From: Hamiltosporidium tvaerminnensis FI-OER-3-3
Taxonomy: Eukaryota > Fungi > Microsporidia
DNA: 64,000 nt
Direction of reading: 5' to 3'
Assembly (NCBI GenBank): GCA_022605425.2
Contig: CM061249.1
Span: forward strand, 868,001-932,000
A program made the position numbers and the translations under genes. Shown piece by piece: positions 1 to 11,460 of the stretch (positions are counted from its first letter, which is position 1; the number at the start of each line of letters is the position of its first letter). The notes beneath the pieces are model-generated. The model was not told the origin of the DNA. It saw only the letters and a list, made by a program, of their open reading frames with translations, and searched no databases.

Positions 1-378
1 GATGAGAGAGATATGGAGATTATAAGAAAGCACAAAGGGAAACCTATAAAATTAGGAAAAAATAAAATTATAGAAAAAGTTATTAAAGAAGAATCTAGTT
101 ATGATGATGGAGATATGGAAATTATTAGATATATTAATGGTAAGCCTATAAAATTTAAACGGTTTGTAGATAAAATTGTAAAAGAAAATGAAAAAAAGGA
201 TAAGAATGAAGATAATGAGAAGAAAAGAGTTGATAAGTATAGGGATATATTAAGAGATAAGTTTAAAACATCTCCAGTAAGAAATAAAAAGAAAAAAGGT
301 GATAAAAATGTAGGGGGTATTAATACAAAGACATATTATAGTCTTAAATATGGGACACCGGTACACATAATAAGTTAA
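1..378 (+). CDS. 3' part of a Lys/Glu-rich hypothetical protein (open off the left edge)
   Basis: Frame is open from base 1 to TAA at 376-378; internal repeat DMEIIR..GKPIK occurs twice; no recognisable domain. Confidence 0.5.
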   Translation, partial: DERDMEIIRKHKGKPIKLGKNKIIEKVIKEESSYDDGDMEIIRYINGKPIKFKRFVDKIVKENEKKDKNEDNEKKRVDKYRDILRDKFKTSPVRNKKKKGDKNVGGINTKTYYSLKYGTPVHIIS

Positions 379-435
379 TGTTAAAAGGTATAGAAGAGGC
401 TTGAGAATGTGGGTGTTAGTAAGGTTATTTATTTA

Positions 436-672
436 TAGTGTATTAAAGGGGTGTTAAAATAATTATATTTGATTATGGTATTAAAGGGGTGTTAATATAG
501 ATATTTATAGTGTATTAAAGGGGTGTTAATATTTATATATGTTTATAGTGTATTAAAGGGGTGTTAATATAGATATTTATAGTGTATTAAAGATGTGTTA
601 ATATAGATATTTAATTACAGTATTAAAGGGGTGTTAATATTTATATATGTTTATAGTGTATTAAAGGGGTCT
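436..672. repeat. Degenerate tandem repeat, ~35-bp unit (TAGTGTATTAAAGGGGTGTTAAT core), ~7 copies
   Basis: Core visibly reiterated just downstream of the stop at 378. Confidence 0.9.
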
Positions 673-870
673 TGATATACATATTGATTTGTTTATGGTT
701 ATTTTCACACTATGTTAAAAGGGTATTAAATTTAACACGTTTAAGAAATAAAATAATTTGTTTTTCTCTTTCTCTTATCTTTTATGCAAAACATTGCTAT
801 ATCTTATTTAAATATTAAATTTACTAATCTTAATTAGTAAATTCAAAAAATTTTTTATTCATTCCCTTCT

Positions 871-1782
871 ATGGAAAAAGATATATCTCATGAATTGCAA
901 GAGACAGCTTTAAACATTCTAAACAAACACATACCGGGTAATACCTGGTGTATAGAATTATTTACAAAGGGAAATACCAACACAACTCTCAAATGTACAC
1001 ATTTAGCTGGAATTTCAAAAAATAATAAAATTTTAATTCTCAAAATATTTAAAGAAGACAGCAACAAACTTATTGACAGAGAAAGAGAACACAACAACAT
1101 ACTTATGCTGCACAGTTATAAACTTGCCCCACAAATAATATTTACATTCAGTAACGGTTTCTGTATAGAATATGTACCAGGTACTGATTTAGAACCGTGT
1201 AATTTAAAAAAATATTCAACAGAAATAGCAAAAAAGATAAAAGAATGGCATTCATTACCCATAAAAGGAAATACAATACTTTTCCACACACTTATAAATT
1301 GGTACAACCAAGCCTTTTCAACTCATCATAAAATACTTGAAGAATTACAAATTTTAAAAATAATAAATAATTTGAAGATAAAAATAGAAAATAAAAAATG
1401 TAAATTAGCATTTTGTCATAACGATTTACTTGCCAGTAATATTATAGTAGGAGAAGATAATAAAATATATTTTATTGATTACGAATATTCAGGTATTAAT
1501 TATGCATCTTTTGATATTGCAAACCATTTTTGTGAATATGCTGGATATTCTAATAGTTTTGAAAATATTCCATGTGAAATAGAAATTAAGAAATTTCTAG
1601 AAATTTATTGTTTTAAAGATTCTTTAATTTTATATGAAGAAGTACTTTTATTTATACCGGTGGCACATATTTTTTGGGGGTTGTGGGGTCTTAATAAGAG
1701 GGGAGATTTTGATTTTTATGGATATGCAATTTTTAAGATTAAAGAGGGTGTTAGGTGTTATGAAAAGTTAGAGAAAAAATAA
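871..1782 (+). CDS. Choline/ethanolamine kinase
   Basis: GNTN N-lobe motif, IDRERE, Brenner motif FCHNDLLASNI, IDYEYS, and FDIANHFCEY; CCC motif at 864-866 before the ATG. Confidence 0.93.
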   Translation: MEKDISHELQETALNILNKHIPGNTWCIELFTKGNTNTTLKCTHLAGISKNNKILILKIFKEDSNKLIDREREHNNILMLHSYKLAPQIIFTFSNGFCIEYVPGTDLEPCNLKKYSTEIAKKIKEWHSLPIKGNTILFHTLINWYNQAFSTHHKILEELQILKIINNLKIKIENKKCKLAFCHNDLLASNIIVGEDNKIYFIDYEYSGINYASFDIANHFCEYAGYSNSFENIPCEIEIKKFLEIYCFKDSLILYEEVLLFIPVAHIFWGLWGLNKRGDFDFYGYAIFKIKEGVRCYEKLEKK

Positions 1783-2090
1783 AAATTTTAAAGGGTTTTA
1801 GGTGAAAGAAGAGGTGTTAGTGTATCTGGGGTATTGTGTTATGAAAAGTTAGAGAAAAAATTTAAATTTTAAATTTTAAAGGGTTTTAGGTGAAAGAAGA
1901 GGTGTTAGTGTATGTGGGGTATTGTGTTATGAAAAGTTAGAGAAAATTTTTAAATTTAAAATTTTAAAGAGGTTTGGGTGAAAAAGAGGAGGTGTTAGTG
2001 TATGTGGGGTATTGTGTTATGAAAAGTTAGAGAAAATTTTTAAATTTTAAATTTTAAAGAGGTTTAGGTGAAAGAGGAGGTGTTAGTTTG
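1756..2090. repeat. Tandem repeat, ~80-90-bp unit x4, starting inside the last codons of the kinase
   Basis: TGTTATGAAAAGTTAGAGAAAA...GGTGAAAGAAGAGGTGTTAGT at ~1756, 1837, 1926 and 2015. Confidence 0.92.
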
Positions 2091-2259
2091 AGAGGAGGGT
2101 ATTAAGTAAAGAGAGGGTGTTAAATGTTATAATAAAAGTTTTAAAATGATTTTTAATATTTGAGGAGATTTTTTTTATCTTTTTTAGGTGAAAAAAGAGT
2201 TTAAGTAACATTTCATTAAATATTTTTTGGTAAAAAAATTAAATTTATTTGTAAAATAC

Positions 2260-2664
2260 TTATTCATAGTAATTCTCATCACTTTCTATGTTTAAATCTT
2301 CTCTATCCACAAGTTCTACTTCTTCGTAATCGTTATCAATACAACTGTTAGTGTTTGAAGATTCTTTGCTGGATGTAGAAGAATCACTTTCTATAATGAA
2401 GGAGGTGGATGGTTTTTGGGTGGAGATGGAATATCCGTAGTATTTTTGTAGTTCGGGTGGTAATATTTCTAGCGGAACTGATTGGATGACTTTTTGGTGG
2501 TTGGAAAGTGGTTCTTTATAATATTTGTCGGAATATCTTTGTATTTCGTGTTTTTGTGGTTGGTTTATTGATATTTTATCGTAATATTTTGATAATTCAT
2601 CTTGTATTTGTAGATAAGAGTTGGTTTCGTCTGATTCATAATTTTTATGGTTCAAATCTTTCAT
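2260..2664 (-). CDS. RPC31: Probable RNA polymerase III subunit C31 (Rpc31/POLR3G family), reduced
   Basis: IQRYSDKY...LPPEL matches the C31 core IERYSDKY...FPxEL; Ser/acidic linker and acidic aromatic tail (DNDYEE...DENYYE). Confidence 0.65.
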   Translation of the reverse strand: MKDLNHKNYESDETNSYLQIQDELSKYYDKISINQPQKHEIQRYSDKYYKEPLSNHQKVIQSVPLEILPPELQKYYGYSISTQKPSTSFIIESDSSTSSKESSNTNSCIDNDYEEVELVDREDLNIESDENYYE

Positions 2665-3528
2665 AGCAGTAGATATGGTGTTTTAAAATATGTGGTTTTA
2701 TTTATTTGGTGGTAAACGTTTTTAGAAAAAAAATATAATTTTTTGAAAATATTGAATGATAAATTAAATGTGTTGAATTAAAAATGAATTTTTATGGTTA
2801 AAAATAGTATTTTAAACATATAAATAAACATTTTTGTTTAAATAAATAGAATATTTTAATGAAAAAAAAAGTTAAAAGTACATACCAAATTAAAAATAAA
2901 CTAAATATAAAATATATTTTTTTAAGATTAGTTGGAGAATGAAAATATTTGTTAAAATATCGTTTAAATTAAATGCATTTATTTGATGATTAGAGAAGTA
3001 ATTTACAGGTGAAGTAAATATATTTATACAAATAGAAATATTTACAAAAAATTGCTTTTAAATGTAGCTATTTTTAAAAATATTCATGCAAATTATCTAA
3101 TTAACAACTCTTGCTATATCTTGAAATTAAATAAATTAAGAGCAGTTTATTTAAAAATCAACATGAAAAACATAATTTTGTAAACAATAACACAACTTAG
3201 TAAAAACCCTACACAATATATCAATAGCACACTTAATTTTTTCAATTTACTAAAATTTCTTTTATTATCAAACTTTAGAAAAGAATTGAGCAACATTTAA
3301 CAAAACAAAGAAGAAACATTTTTAAACATTCGATTTCCAATTATTTTATTTCCAGACATATAAGTACCAATAAAAATAGAACATGTAGTTTATTGTTTAA
3401 GATAAAAAAAAACCTTATCACTTAAGATATCATGATTCCTCAATCAAAAATATTTTTAATATTTTTTAATCAAAATATATTTCCTTATAAAACACATGTT
3501 TTATCAAACGGGTCTTTAACATTAATTT

Positions 3529-4077
3529 CTAGAAGAAAATGATAATTCACATTTATATATTCTTTATTTAAATAAGATTTGTATTCATATTATTATTCCT
3601 AGAAGTTAAAAGAAAATGATAAATCCCATTTATATATTCTTTATTTAAATAAGATTTGTATTCATATTATTATTCCTAGAAGTTAAAAGAAAATGATAAA
3701 TCCCATTTATATATTCTTTATTTATATAAGATTTGTATTCATATTATTATTCCTAGAAGTTAAAAGAAAATGATAAATCCCATTTATATATTCGTTATTT
3801 AAATAAGATTTGTATTCATATTATTATTCCTAGAGTTAAAAGAAAATGATAAATCCCATTTATATATTCTTTATTTATATAAGATTTGTATTCATATTAT
3901 TATTCCTAGAAGTTAAAAGAAAATGATAAATCCCATTTATATATTCGTTATTTAAATAAGATTTGTATTCATATTATTATTCCTAGAGTTAAAAGAAAAT
4001 GATATTCACATTTATATATTCGTTATTTAAATAAGATTTGTTTTCATATTATTATTCCTAGAAGTTAAAAGAAAATA
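3529..4077. repeat. Tandem repeat, ~77-bp unit x7
   Basis: CTAGAAGTTAAAAGAAAATGATAAATCCCATTTATATATTC...TATTATTATTC reiterated nearly perfectly; lies 3' of the Brl1-like gene. Confidence 0.95.
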
Positions 4078-4158
4078 ATTTTCATGATTCTATAAGAATT
4101 TTCATAATTGGTTTCTTAATTTAAATTTTGAAAATAATTCACAAATTTTAAATTCAAA

Positions 4159-4818
4159 TTATTTTTTAGAATTCTTATTTCTAAAAATTAAAAATAAAAC
4201 AAAAAAACCTGCGAAAATTGATGTGGTTTTGAATGAAAATTTACGAACAAAAGCATCACAAACATCTCCCAATACTTCTACAAATATACGAGTGAACTCT
4301 GCACTATCGATACCTCTCTGCATATTGCATTCCCATTCCATACATAATTTATTTAGCGCGGGTACTCGTGTACTTGGATGACATTTATTTACAAAATAAT
4401 TTTTTTTACTTTCTTCTATAATTTTTGAAATCTGTATTTTTCTTTGAAAAATTCTGTTTCTTACATCTTTTTGTATACCAAAAGCAATGGCAACCAAAGT
4501 ATAGGAGAGTATTGTAATGATTAAAATATTAAAGAAAAGATGGAGATAACTTATAATAACAAAAGGTGCATTTAAGATATACGGTTTTATATCCGAAAAT
4601 TTCCATTTTTGACGGTCTTTTTGTTCGCTTTCAACTTTTTTTTCTACATTTCTTTCATTTTCTTGTATTTTATAGTCTGGTAAATACAAAGGAAAGGTGT
4701 TTTCTATTTTTCTTTTTTTTATTGGTGAAAGGTATTTACATTTTTCAAGAATAATTTCTTTTTGTTTCATATTTTTCCACTTTAATTCCATTTCTACATT
4801 TAAAGGTACCTCTTTCAT
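4159..4818 (-). CDS. Brl1/Brr6-family nuclear envelope protein
   Basis: TM segment (YLHLFFNILIITILSY), DV motif, YxxNKCxPxxRVPALxxxCxEW luminal domain, second TM near the C-terminus; CCC motif before the ATG. Confidence 0.85.
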   Translation of the reverse strand: MKEVPLNVEMELKWKNMKQKEIILEKCKYLSPIKKRKIENTFPLYLPDYKIQENERNVEKKVESEQKDRQKWKFSDIKPYILNAPFVIISYLHLFFNILIITILSYTLVAIAFGIQKDVRNRIFQRKIQISKIIEESKKNYFVNKCHPSTRVPALNKLCMEWECNMQRGIDSAEFTRIFVEVLGDVCDAFVRKFSFKTTSIFAGFFVLFLIFRNKNSKK

Positions 4819-5099
4819 TTGTGGGTCGAAACTTAAATATTTTATGTTCGTAAAAATTTTTTTTAGAAAGAGACAAGAAAGATTAACAAATTTTTAATCT
4901 TTAACGTTTTCTTTAAAATTTTATAGCCGTTCAAAAAGAAAAAGAAAAAAATGATTTATGAGATTATAAGCAATAAAATTATTTTATATATTTTGTCTTT
5001 TTAGAAAATCATTTCCATCTTTTTACCCGTCTTGTTTCCAGATGTCCAATTATTCTACTCAATATGTAAATTTATAAGCCTACTTGTCTCATTTAATAT

Positions 5100-6379
5100 A
5101 TTCTTAAACCTAGATTTAAATATTTTTCATATTTAGGAATTAAAATATTATTCGTCGTTGCAAGGCACCCGTAACAAATTAAGATTGTATAATTTTAAAT
5201 TTCCTGTATTGCATTTCACTATACAGTTTCCCGGATTGCAGGATTATTTTGTTCTGTCATTTGTTCTCAAAACCTTCACAGCAAATGGATTTATATTTTT
5301 GATATTTGACTATATGCTGCAATTTTTTGTTTTTTACAGCCCCGTACGCTACATTTAGTCTACTTATATTAAAAGAATCTCGGTTTATTACATAAGAAAT
5401 TTTTGAATGCATTTGAAAACAAACATAACATTTTGACTAAAAAGTTGCAGTCTTGTAATTTATACTTTTTCGAATAAATTTAGATAGAAATATATATTTC
5501 AATGACTATTTGAAATAAAATTTATTAGTTTAATTAAAATTTCAATAGAATTTTTATTACATTTGGCATGAGTTACTGTGAATATGTCTAAATCTACTTT
5601 TTTGTACACATTTAAGGCAGTATTTACACCAAAAAATAATTCATAATTTGGATTGGAAGTTTAAGTTTCAAAGTACAAGAGAATTATATATATATAATAA
5701 CAGTCTGTTTTGGGCGTCTATTATGAGCATATCCGGGTATATTTTACTTTTAATTAGTAAAGGCTTCACCAGCTTCCCTAAATTTCCGAATAAGGATACT
5801 TTCCCTCAGTACTTAATATATATCATGAATTTTAATTTTTAGAAAACTGTTATCGACAGTTCTATTTTCATTTATGAGTCAATTGCATAAATTAATGATA
5901 CTAACCTGTTTTTTTCGAGCCTCATATAACTTTTAATGTAGTTTTCGGTTTCCATTTCTTTGTATAATTTATTACTGAAGAATTTTTAAATCTTTCTTTG
6001 GTGATACTCTTAAATTCTATGCTCATATAGAGAAAGCTTTGATCAGGTTAATAGATTTTTTTTCATCCACGTTTAGACTTGATCGTTTTTAGCTTCAAAT
6101 GTATAGATTCGCTTCAGCTCAATAAATAAAATCCTTTTTACGTCTGCCATAATTTTCAGGAAGGCAGCTAACTTCAACGTACGTCTCTAACAAGGAAATC
6201 GTCTTCCTGCTCACCGTTCCTCTGTTATTGTGTAAAGAATTGTTTTTATAAACAAAATAATCGTCTTTATTAGTTTTATTCATCATGGCACACCCTTGTT
6301 TTCTTTTAAAATATAAATGAAAAATTTTATATTTTTGTGATATAAATAATATCACAACTTCAAATCTTATTTTGTACAA
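5100..6379 (-). pseudogene. Possible decayed accessory-family gene
   Basis: ORF 6119-6379 has a hydrophobic N-terminal stretch like the other accessory genes, followed by coding-like sequence broken by stops; no motif confirmed. Confidence 0.25.
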
Positions 6380-6585
6380 ATATTTTAAATCCGGCGCAAA
6401 AATTCAGCTGTTCTTGAGTAACACAACGAACTACTCAACATCTATTTTGGGTTGAATTATCTCCCAATAATTTTAACTCAACATTTTCAAATTAATATCA
6501 ATTGTGTCATGTGTTTTTTTCTTTCTCCAGTCTGACGAAGTAACTTTATTTAATATTTTTTTCTTTAATACATAATAAAAGACTC

Positions 6586-7290
6586 AGTTTGGGCATAATT
6601 CCAACATTTAAACGTCTTAGTTCGGTGATTTATAAAATAATCGGTGTGAAAACATTGATTTACTTTTTGTTTGAATAAAAATACTTAATTTTCAGTTATT
6701 ACATGGGAATTTATACAGCGTTGATAAGGTCTATAAAACTGTAAAAATTTTTCTACAATTCAGTTAATTTTTATTTAACTAGATTAGACACCACGAACGA
6801 GCGTATGGGTAAATATGATGTTAAAATATGGACAGTTGACCTTGTTAATTCTCTTGGGGATGATATACTCTTAGACAGAAAATAACATATACCCAAGAAG
6901 CCAGAAAAACCAAAAAGCAGATTAGAATTGTTCGTTTGGGGTAATAACATTTTCAAAACCTCTTAAAGCTGCTAATACAATTTTAAATAGAAGTTTAACA
7001 GGATCAATAAAATTTAGACTAAGCTAGAATACCGCTCATATTGAGAATATCTAAGAAAGGCTTCTATCTGCAAACATATTCTAAGCAGTAGATATTAACA
7101 GAGAACGATGAACTAGTTTGTCAACTAAATAGTACTGCACACCTTTTTATGTAAAGCCTTTGGGGACAGGTATCTTAGAGGATATAAATAGAGTATCGCG
7201 AGTGCAATTATTTATTTTGAATCCAATATTGTGTTTATCTAATCAAAACATGATAACATACTCCACTTTTTTAAAAAAAAATTTTAAAAT
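6586..7290 (+). mobile_element. ~720-bp structured non-coding repeat family, copy S1 (old, full length)
   Basis: Collinear blocks shared with 40038-40768: GGTGTGAAAACATTG, CATGGGA, TTTTTCTACAA, TGTTAAAATATGGA, CACACCT..AAAGCCTTTGGGGACAGGTATC, CTCCACTTTTTTAAAAA. Confidence 0.65.
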
Positions 7291-7525
7291 ATGTTTATAG
7301 AAATACAATTTTATATTTTTCTGAAAGATTTATAGGTTTCTACTTGAAGAATCTAAATTCTATGCTAAAACCTCGGAACTCTGGAATAGTTAGTATCCCT
7401 AAAAATATGCAAAAAATGTTCAATATTAGAAGAATATTAGCATAAAATTTACGAATGAATATTATGATAAGAAAGCTTTATAAATAATTAAAAGGATAAA
7501 AAATATTTATTCAATATTCACAGGC

Positions 7526-9861
7526 CTAAAGGTTCCGAATTAAGACTTTTTTAGGTTCAAATCCTTTATTTATGCACGAAACAATTTCTTCTAAGAATTC
7601 CCCATATGCTTGATATTCAAGAACAATGTAATCTTGGCTTACGAAATGCATTTTAAAATCCCAAATCTTTATCTGCTGAATATTATAGCCCCGGAAATTA
7701 AGTTCTTTAAGCTTTTGCAGTTTTGCAAAAAATTTCAAATCGGCTTCAGATATCGGGATTTTTATCAAATACATTCTTTTATTTTGTATTCTGTTGAAAT
7801 ACAAAATAATTCTGAAAAAAAAATATTATTTAAACAAATCATTTCGATTTTTAGTTGTTCTAAATTTAGTAAATTATTAAGTGCATATGAATCAGATTTT
7901 GTAATACTCAACCACTCTAGATTCAGTTTTTTTATACTTACTAGATCAAAATTTTGAAACAAATTCTTTAAAGAAACTGGATTAGGTTCAGATTCTATTA
8001 TATGATTTTCAGGTAAAGTAAAGTTAAAATTTAAATGTGTCCTTGAAAGTCCACCCAAATAAATAATCTCTTGGATATTTTCAATATTTAATTCTTTAAT
8101 ATAAAAAATTTGAGTTTCAGAAGGATTAAACTTTAACGTACTACTAAATGTGAAATATACATCCTTGACTTCAGTCATAAAGTTTACAAATTGATAAAAA
8201 TACCCGAAATCATCATGGTTTTTTGATCGAAAACAAAAATACTTAATAGATTTGTTTCTAATTTCGATATCATCATCTTTAAAAGATATATCACAATTTT
8301 TTTATTGTTAGACTTTTAAGTTTGTTAATATTTAGAATATCTGCTACAAAATTAGAGGTTATTTTGGAATCCGCAATTCTAAGCTTTTTAATATTTTCTT
8401 CTAATATTGTTTCTTTGGGTGTGAACTGATACAAATCCAAGTTTGTTAAAGTAATCGAAATATTGTAAAAAGTACCTTTGTAATCAAAATAACATCCAAT
8501 TTTCCAATATTTAGAGGCGATATTTACAACCTCTAATAATTTAAATTTACTTGTATTCTCATTTCGCCTCAAAAAATCTTACATATAAATTTTGATTTTC
8601 TAGGGGCATATTTTTGAGATATGTAACCAATTTTTTTAGTGAATATTCTGGGTATCCATGACGCTGTATATTTATTTCTATTTCCTTAATTAATTTAAGA
8701 TTCTCCGGATAATTGATTTGCGTAACTGTTTTTGGTTTAGTCGGCCTGGTTTCCTCAAAAAATATGAATTCGCTCATTTTGTTCAAATAATCTAATAATA
8801 TTAAATAATTTTCTATTTTAGATCTTATGAAAACAATTTTTTTAATATTTATAAAGTTCAAATTTGCATCGATACATCTAATGATTTCAGAAAATATATA
8901 AACTTTGAAAAATAAAATCTCTTCAACCTTCTTTTTTATATTTTTTAAAACCAAGCAATAATCTGTAACATTTGTTTCATTTAATTCACTTATATGTACA
9001 TACTTTATATTCAATGTATTTAATATTAAGATAAATAGATTTATGCTCTTTCGATTCCCTGCTATTCTTTCTGAGAATAACATCCTGAATTCATAGCCTA
9101 ATGATAAAATTTTTTGTCTATCTTCGGTATATACAGCTTGATATTTATAATCAATATAACAATAGGATTTCTTAACGAAAAATGGAGAAAAAAAATCGGC
9201 TCTCGAGTTCAACATTTTTAAATATTCTTGCGATATTATTTTAAAGCATTCGTGAGAGAAATAATCTTGTTTCGAGAAATAAAACATTGTTTTATGAACA
9301 TCAAAATGAATAATATCGTTGGAGTTGGCTAGAGAATATAAAATTGTTTTTATCTTTATTCCGTAATATATTATCAAGTTTGATTCTAAAATATTCTATG
9401 AAATACAATATTGTATAAAACTTGTGAATGGTAATTTCTTCATTCATTAAATAAAATGAAATTAAAACAGAATAAAAGATTAGAAAATCAGACTCTTTTA
9501 TATGTTGACATAGAAATATTTCAATGTTTGAATTCATATCCTTTAATTTTTCAAATGGTTCAAAACTATGGCTAAATTTTGCGGTATCTTTTATTACATA
9601 CTGATTATATTGCCTATTTTCATTTCTAAAAAGCATTTCTTTGAAACAATCAATTACTTTCGTGTCCAAAATACTACCTCTTTTAATTTGGCAAAGGCAT
9701 TCAGTTTCTGTTGCAATTGAGTTTGAATATATGTCTTTGTTATCTTTCAAGACGTTAAATACTATATCTCTTTCACTTGAATAATATACAAAAAATAAAA
9801 TATAAAAACCAAATGAAAAATAAAAAAAATTTATATGCGAATACCGCTTGCCAAATTTCAT
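7526..9861 (-). pseudogene. Frameshifted ~780-codon LRR-like, probably secreted accessory-family gene
   Basis: Five same-strand ORFs tile end to end (9861-9301, 9377-8559, 8572-8291, 8178-7765, 7804-7526); hydrophobic N-terminus; degenerate LRRs (IKKLNLEWLSI, LLNLEQLKI, LQKLKELNF). Confidence 0.7.
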
Positions 9862-11004
9862 AAATTTTAGAAAAAAAATTGTATTTATAGTTTTAAAACC
9901 AATTTACCATTTCGGGATTCCTTATAAAATAATTCAGTTTTGGTTCATGTAAAATTATAAATGTTTCTAAGAATCGAAATTTATTCTATATTCCAATTTT
10001 TGATTGTATATTTCTAGATTCAACTTTGAAAAATACAGTAATTTTAGTGATCTATTGTTCTTGAATTTTTCAAAAAAGCGATTCGACTGTTCTTTAGATT
10101 TTATAAATCTATTTCTTCCTAATTATTTTTCAATTATATTTTTTTATAGTTCTAAGATTTTTTTTTAAATAAAAAAGTAGTACTAAGATCAGTCTAAATT
10201 TAGAATTAAAATTTCTTTAAAATGGCTACTCACGAATGTATCAAAAGCACAGTAATAGATTATTGTGTAACATTGACTGTTTTTAGCTGCTATGGTTTTT
10301 TCTAATATTATTTGCAACATTTTTTTTAAACATCTATCTTTAATCTCATTCATTATTTCTAGCAATAAATCGAGGCGCGAAAATAGTAATTTTCGTTCAA
10401 ATTTAAAAAAAGTAGTTTTCAACTAAATTTATTTACTATTTTTTATGTTGTTCTCTGATCCATGGTTCGGATATTTTGTGCGCTTTGAGTTCATTTTTTC
10501 AAAAAACATTTTTACATATGCCCAATCTTTTTTTGACTATTTTTTAAGTCAAATCCAATCAACTTATATTTTTTAAAGTTTGTTGGAAAGTTTTTTTTAC
10601 TTTTTAAGTTATGTTGATGAATTAAGGAGGATTCATTTTCTGGCTTGCGTTTATTTTTCAGGAAAAGAAAGTGTGCAATGATCGTAAAACCTAACAAATA
10701 AAAAAAATGTTTATGAAATGCCTATAACTTGACGAAGCCTCAATTAACAGTTGAATTGTGTTCCATCTGTGGGGAAAAAGCTAAATGCATATGAATTACG
10801 GAGATTTTGTGCATTTTAAATGGGTTAAAGCTACTCGGAAGAATTCAGAATATCATATTTCACCGAAATCTAAGAATATGAACGATAATATTTCGCTCTT
10901 TATTGGTTTCCATTGCGCATGTTCTTTACATTTCATGTTTCAAATACGTCAAAGTAATCGATTCTCTGTTTATCTTGATTACGATATTATCTACTGATAA
11001 TTAC

Positions 11005-11460
11005 TCCTATCCTGACCTGTTTGGTATTGTTACAAAATACCGTAAATCACGCCTTAAAAGACTAGAAACACCCATAAATGTAAAGGCATATATTCATTCA
11101 GTCTATAGTACGTAATTAGACAGTTGAAACAATTTCCTTTAATCGACGAAGAGGACTTGAGCCAGGGCTAAATGCCGAAGTGGGCTGAGGTAGAGCGCCA
11201 ATAGGTGTAATTATGAGAGCAAAGAAGCAGGGGGAACCAAAATCTCCTTTAAAACAGGCGATTAGAGAGGAAAATGGTGCAAAAAATTTAAAAACAAAAA
11301 ATAATACACCTCTTATTTCACAAGAAGGAACCACTTAGAGGAGCCGACGATAAATATAAATGAAGAGTCGGATTTGGAAGAAGAAACAACTGTGGTAAAA
11401 TTGGTAGAAGAAAATGCATAAAAATTGTAACCCATTTTAACCCAGATTTAATAAAATAAA
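11005..11460 (+). mobile_element. 5'-truncated, decayed 3' fragment of the RLE non-LTR retrotransposon
   Basis: Clear nucleotide match to the last ~450 bp of 57336-61134 (GGTATTGTTACAAAATAC...GAGTCGGATTTGGAAGAAG...TTTTAACCCAGA). Confidence 0.92.

Noticed and set aside
3529-4077. Regular repeats as a CRISPR array
   Set aside because: Units are contiguous with no unique spacers, there are no cas genes, and the context is eukaryotic.
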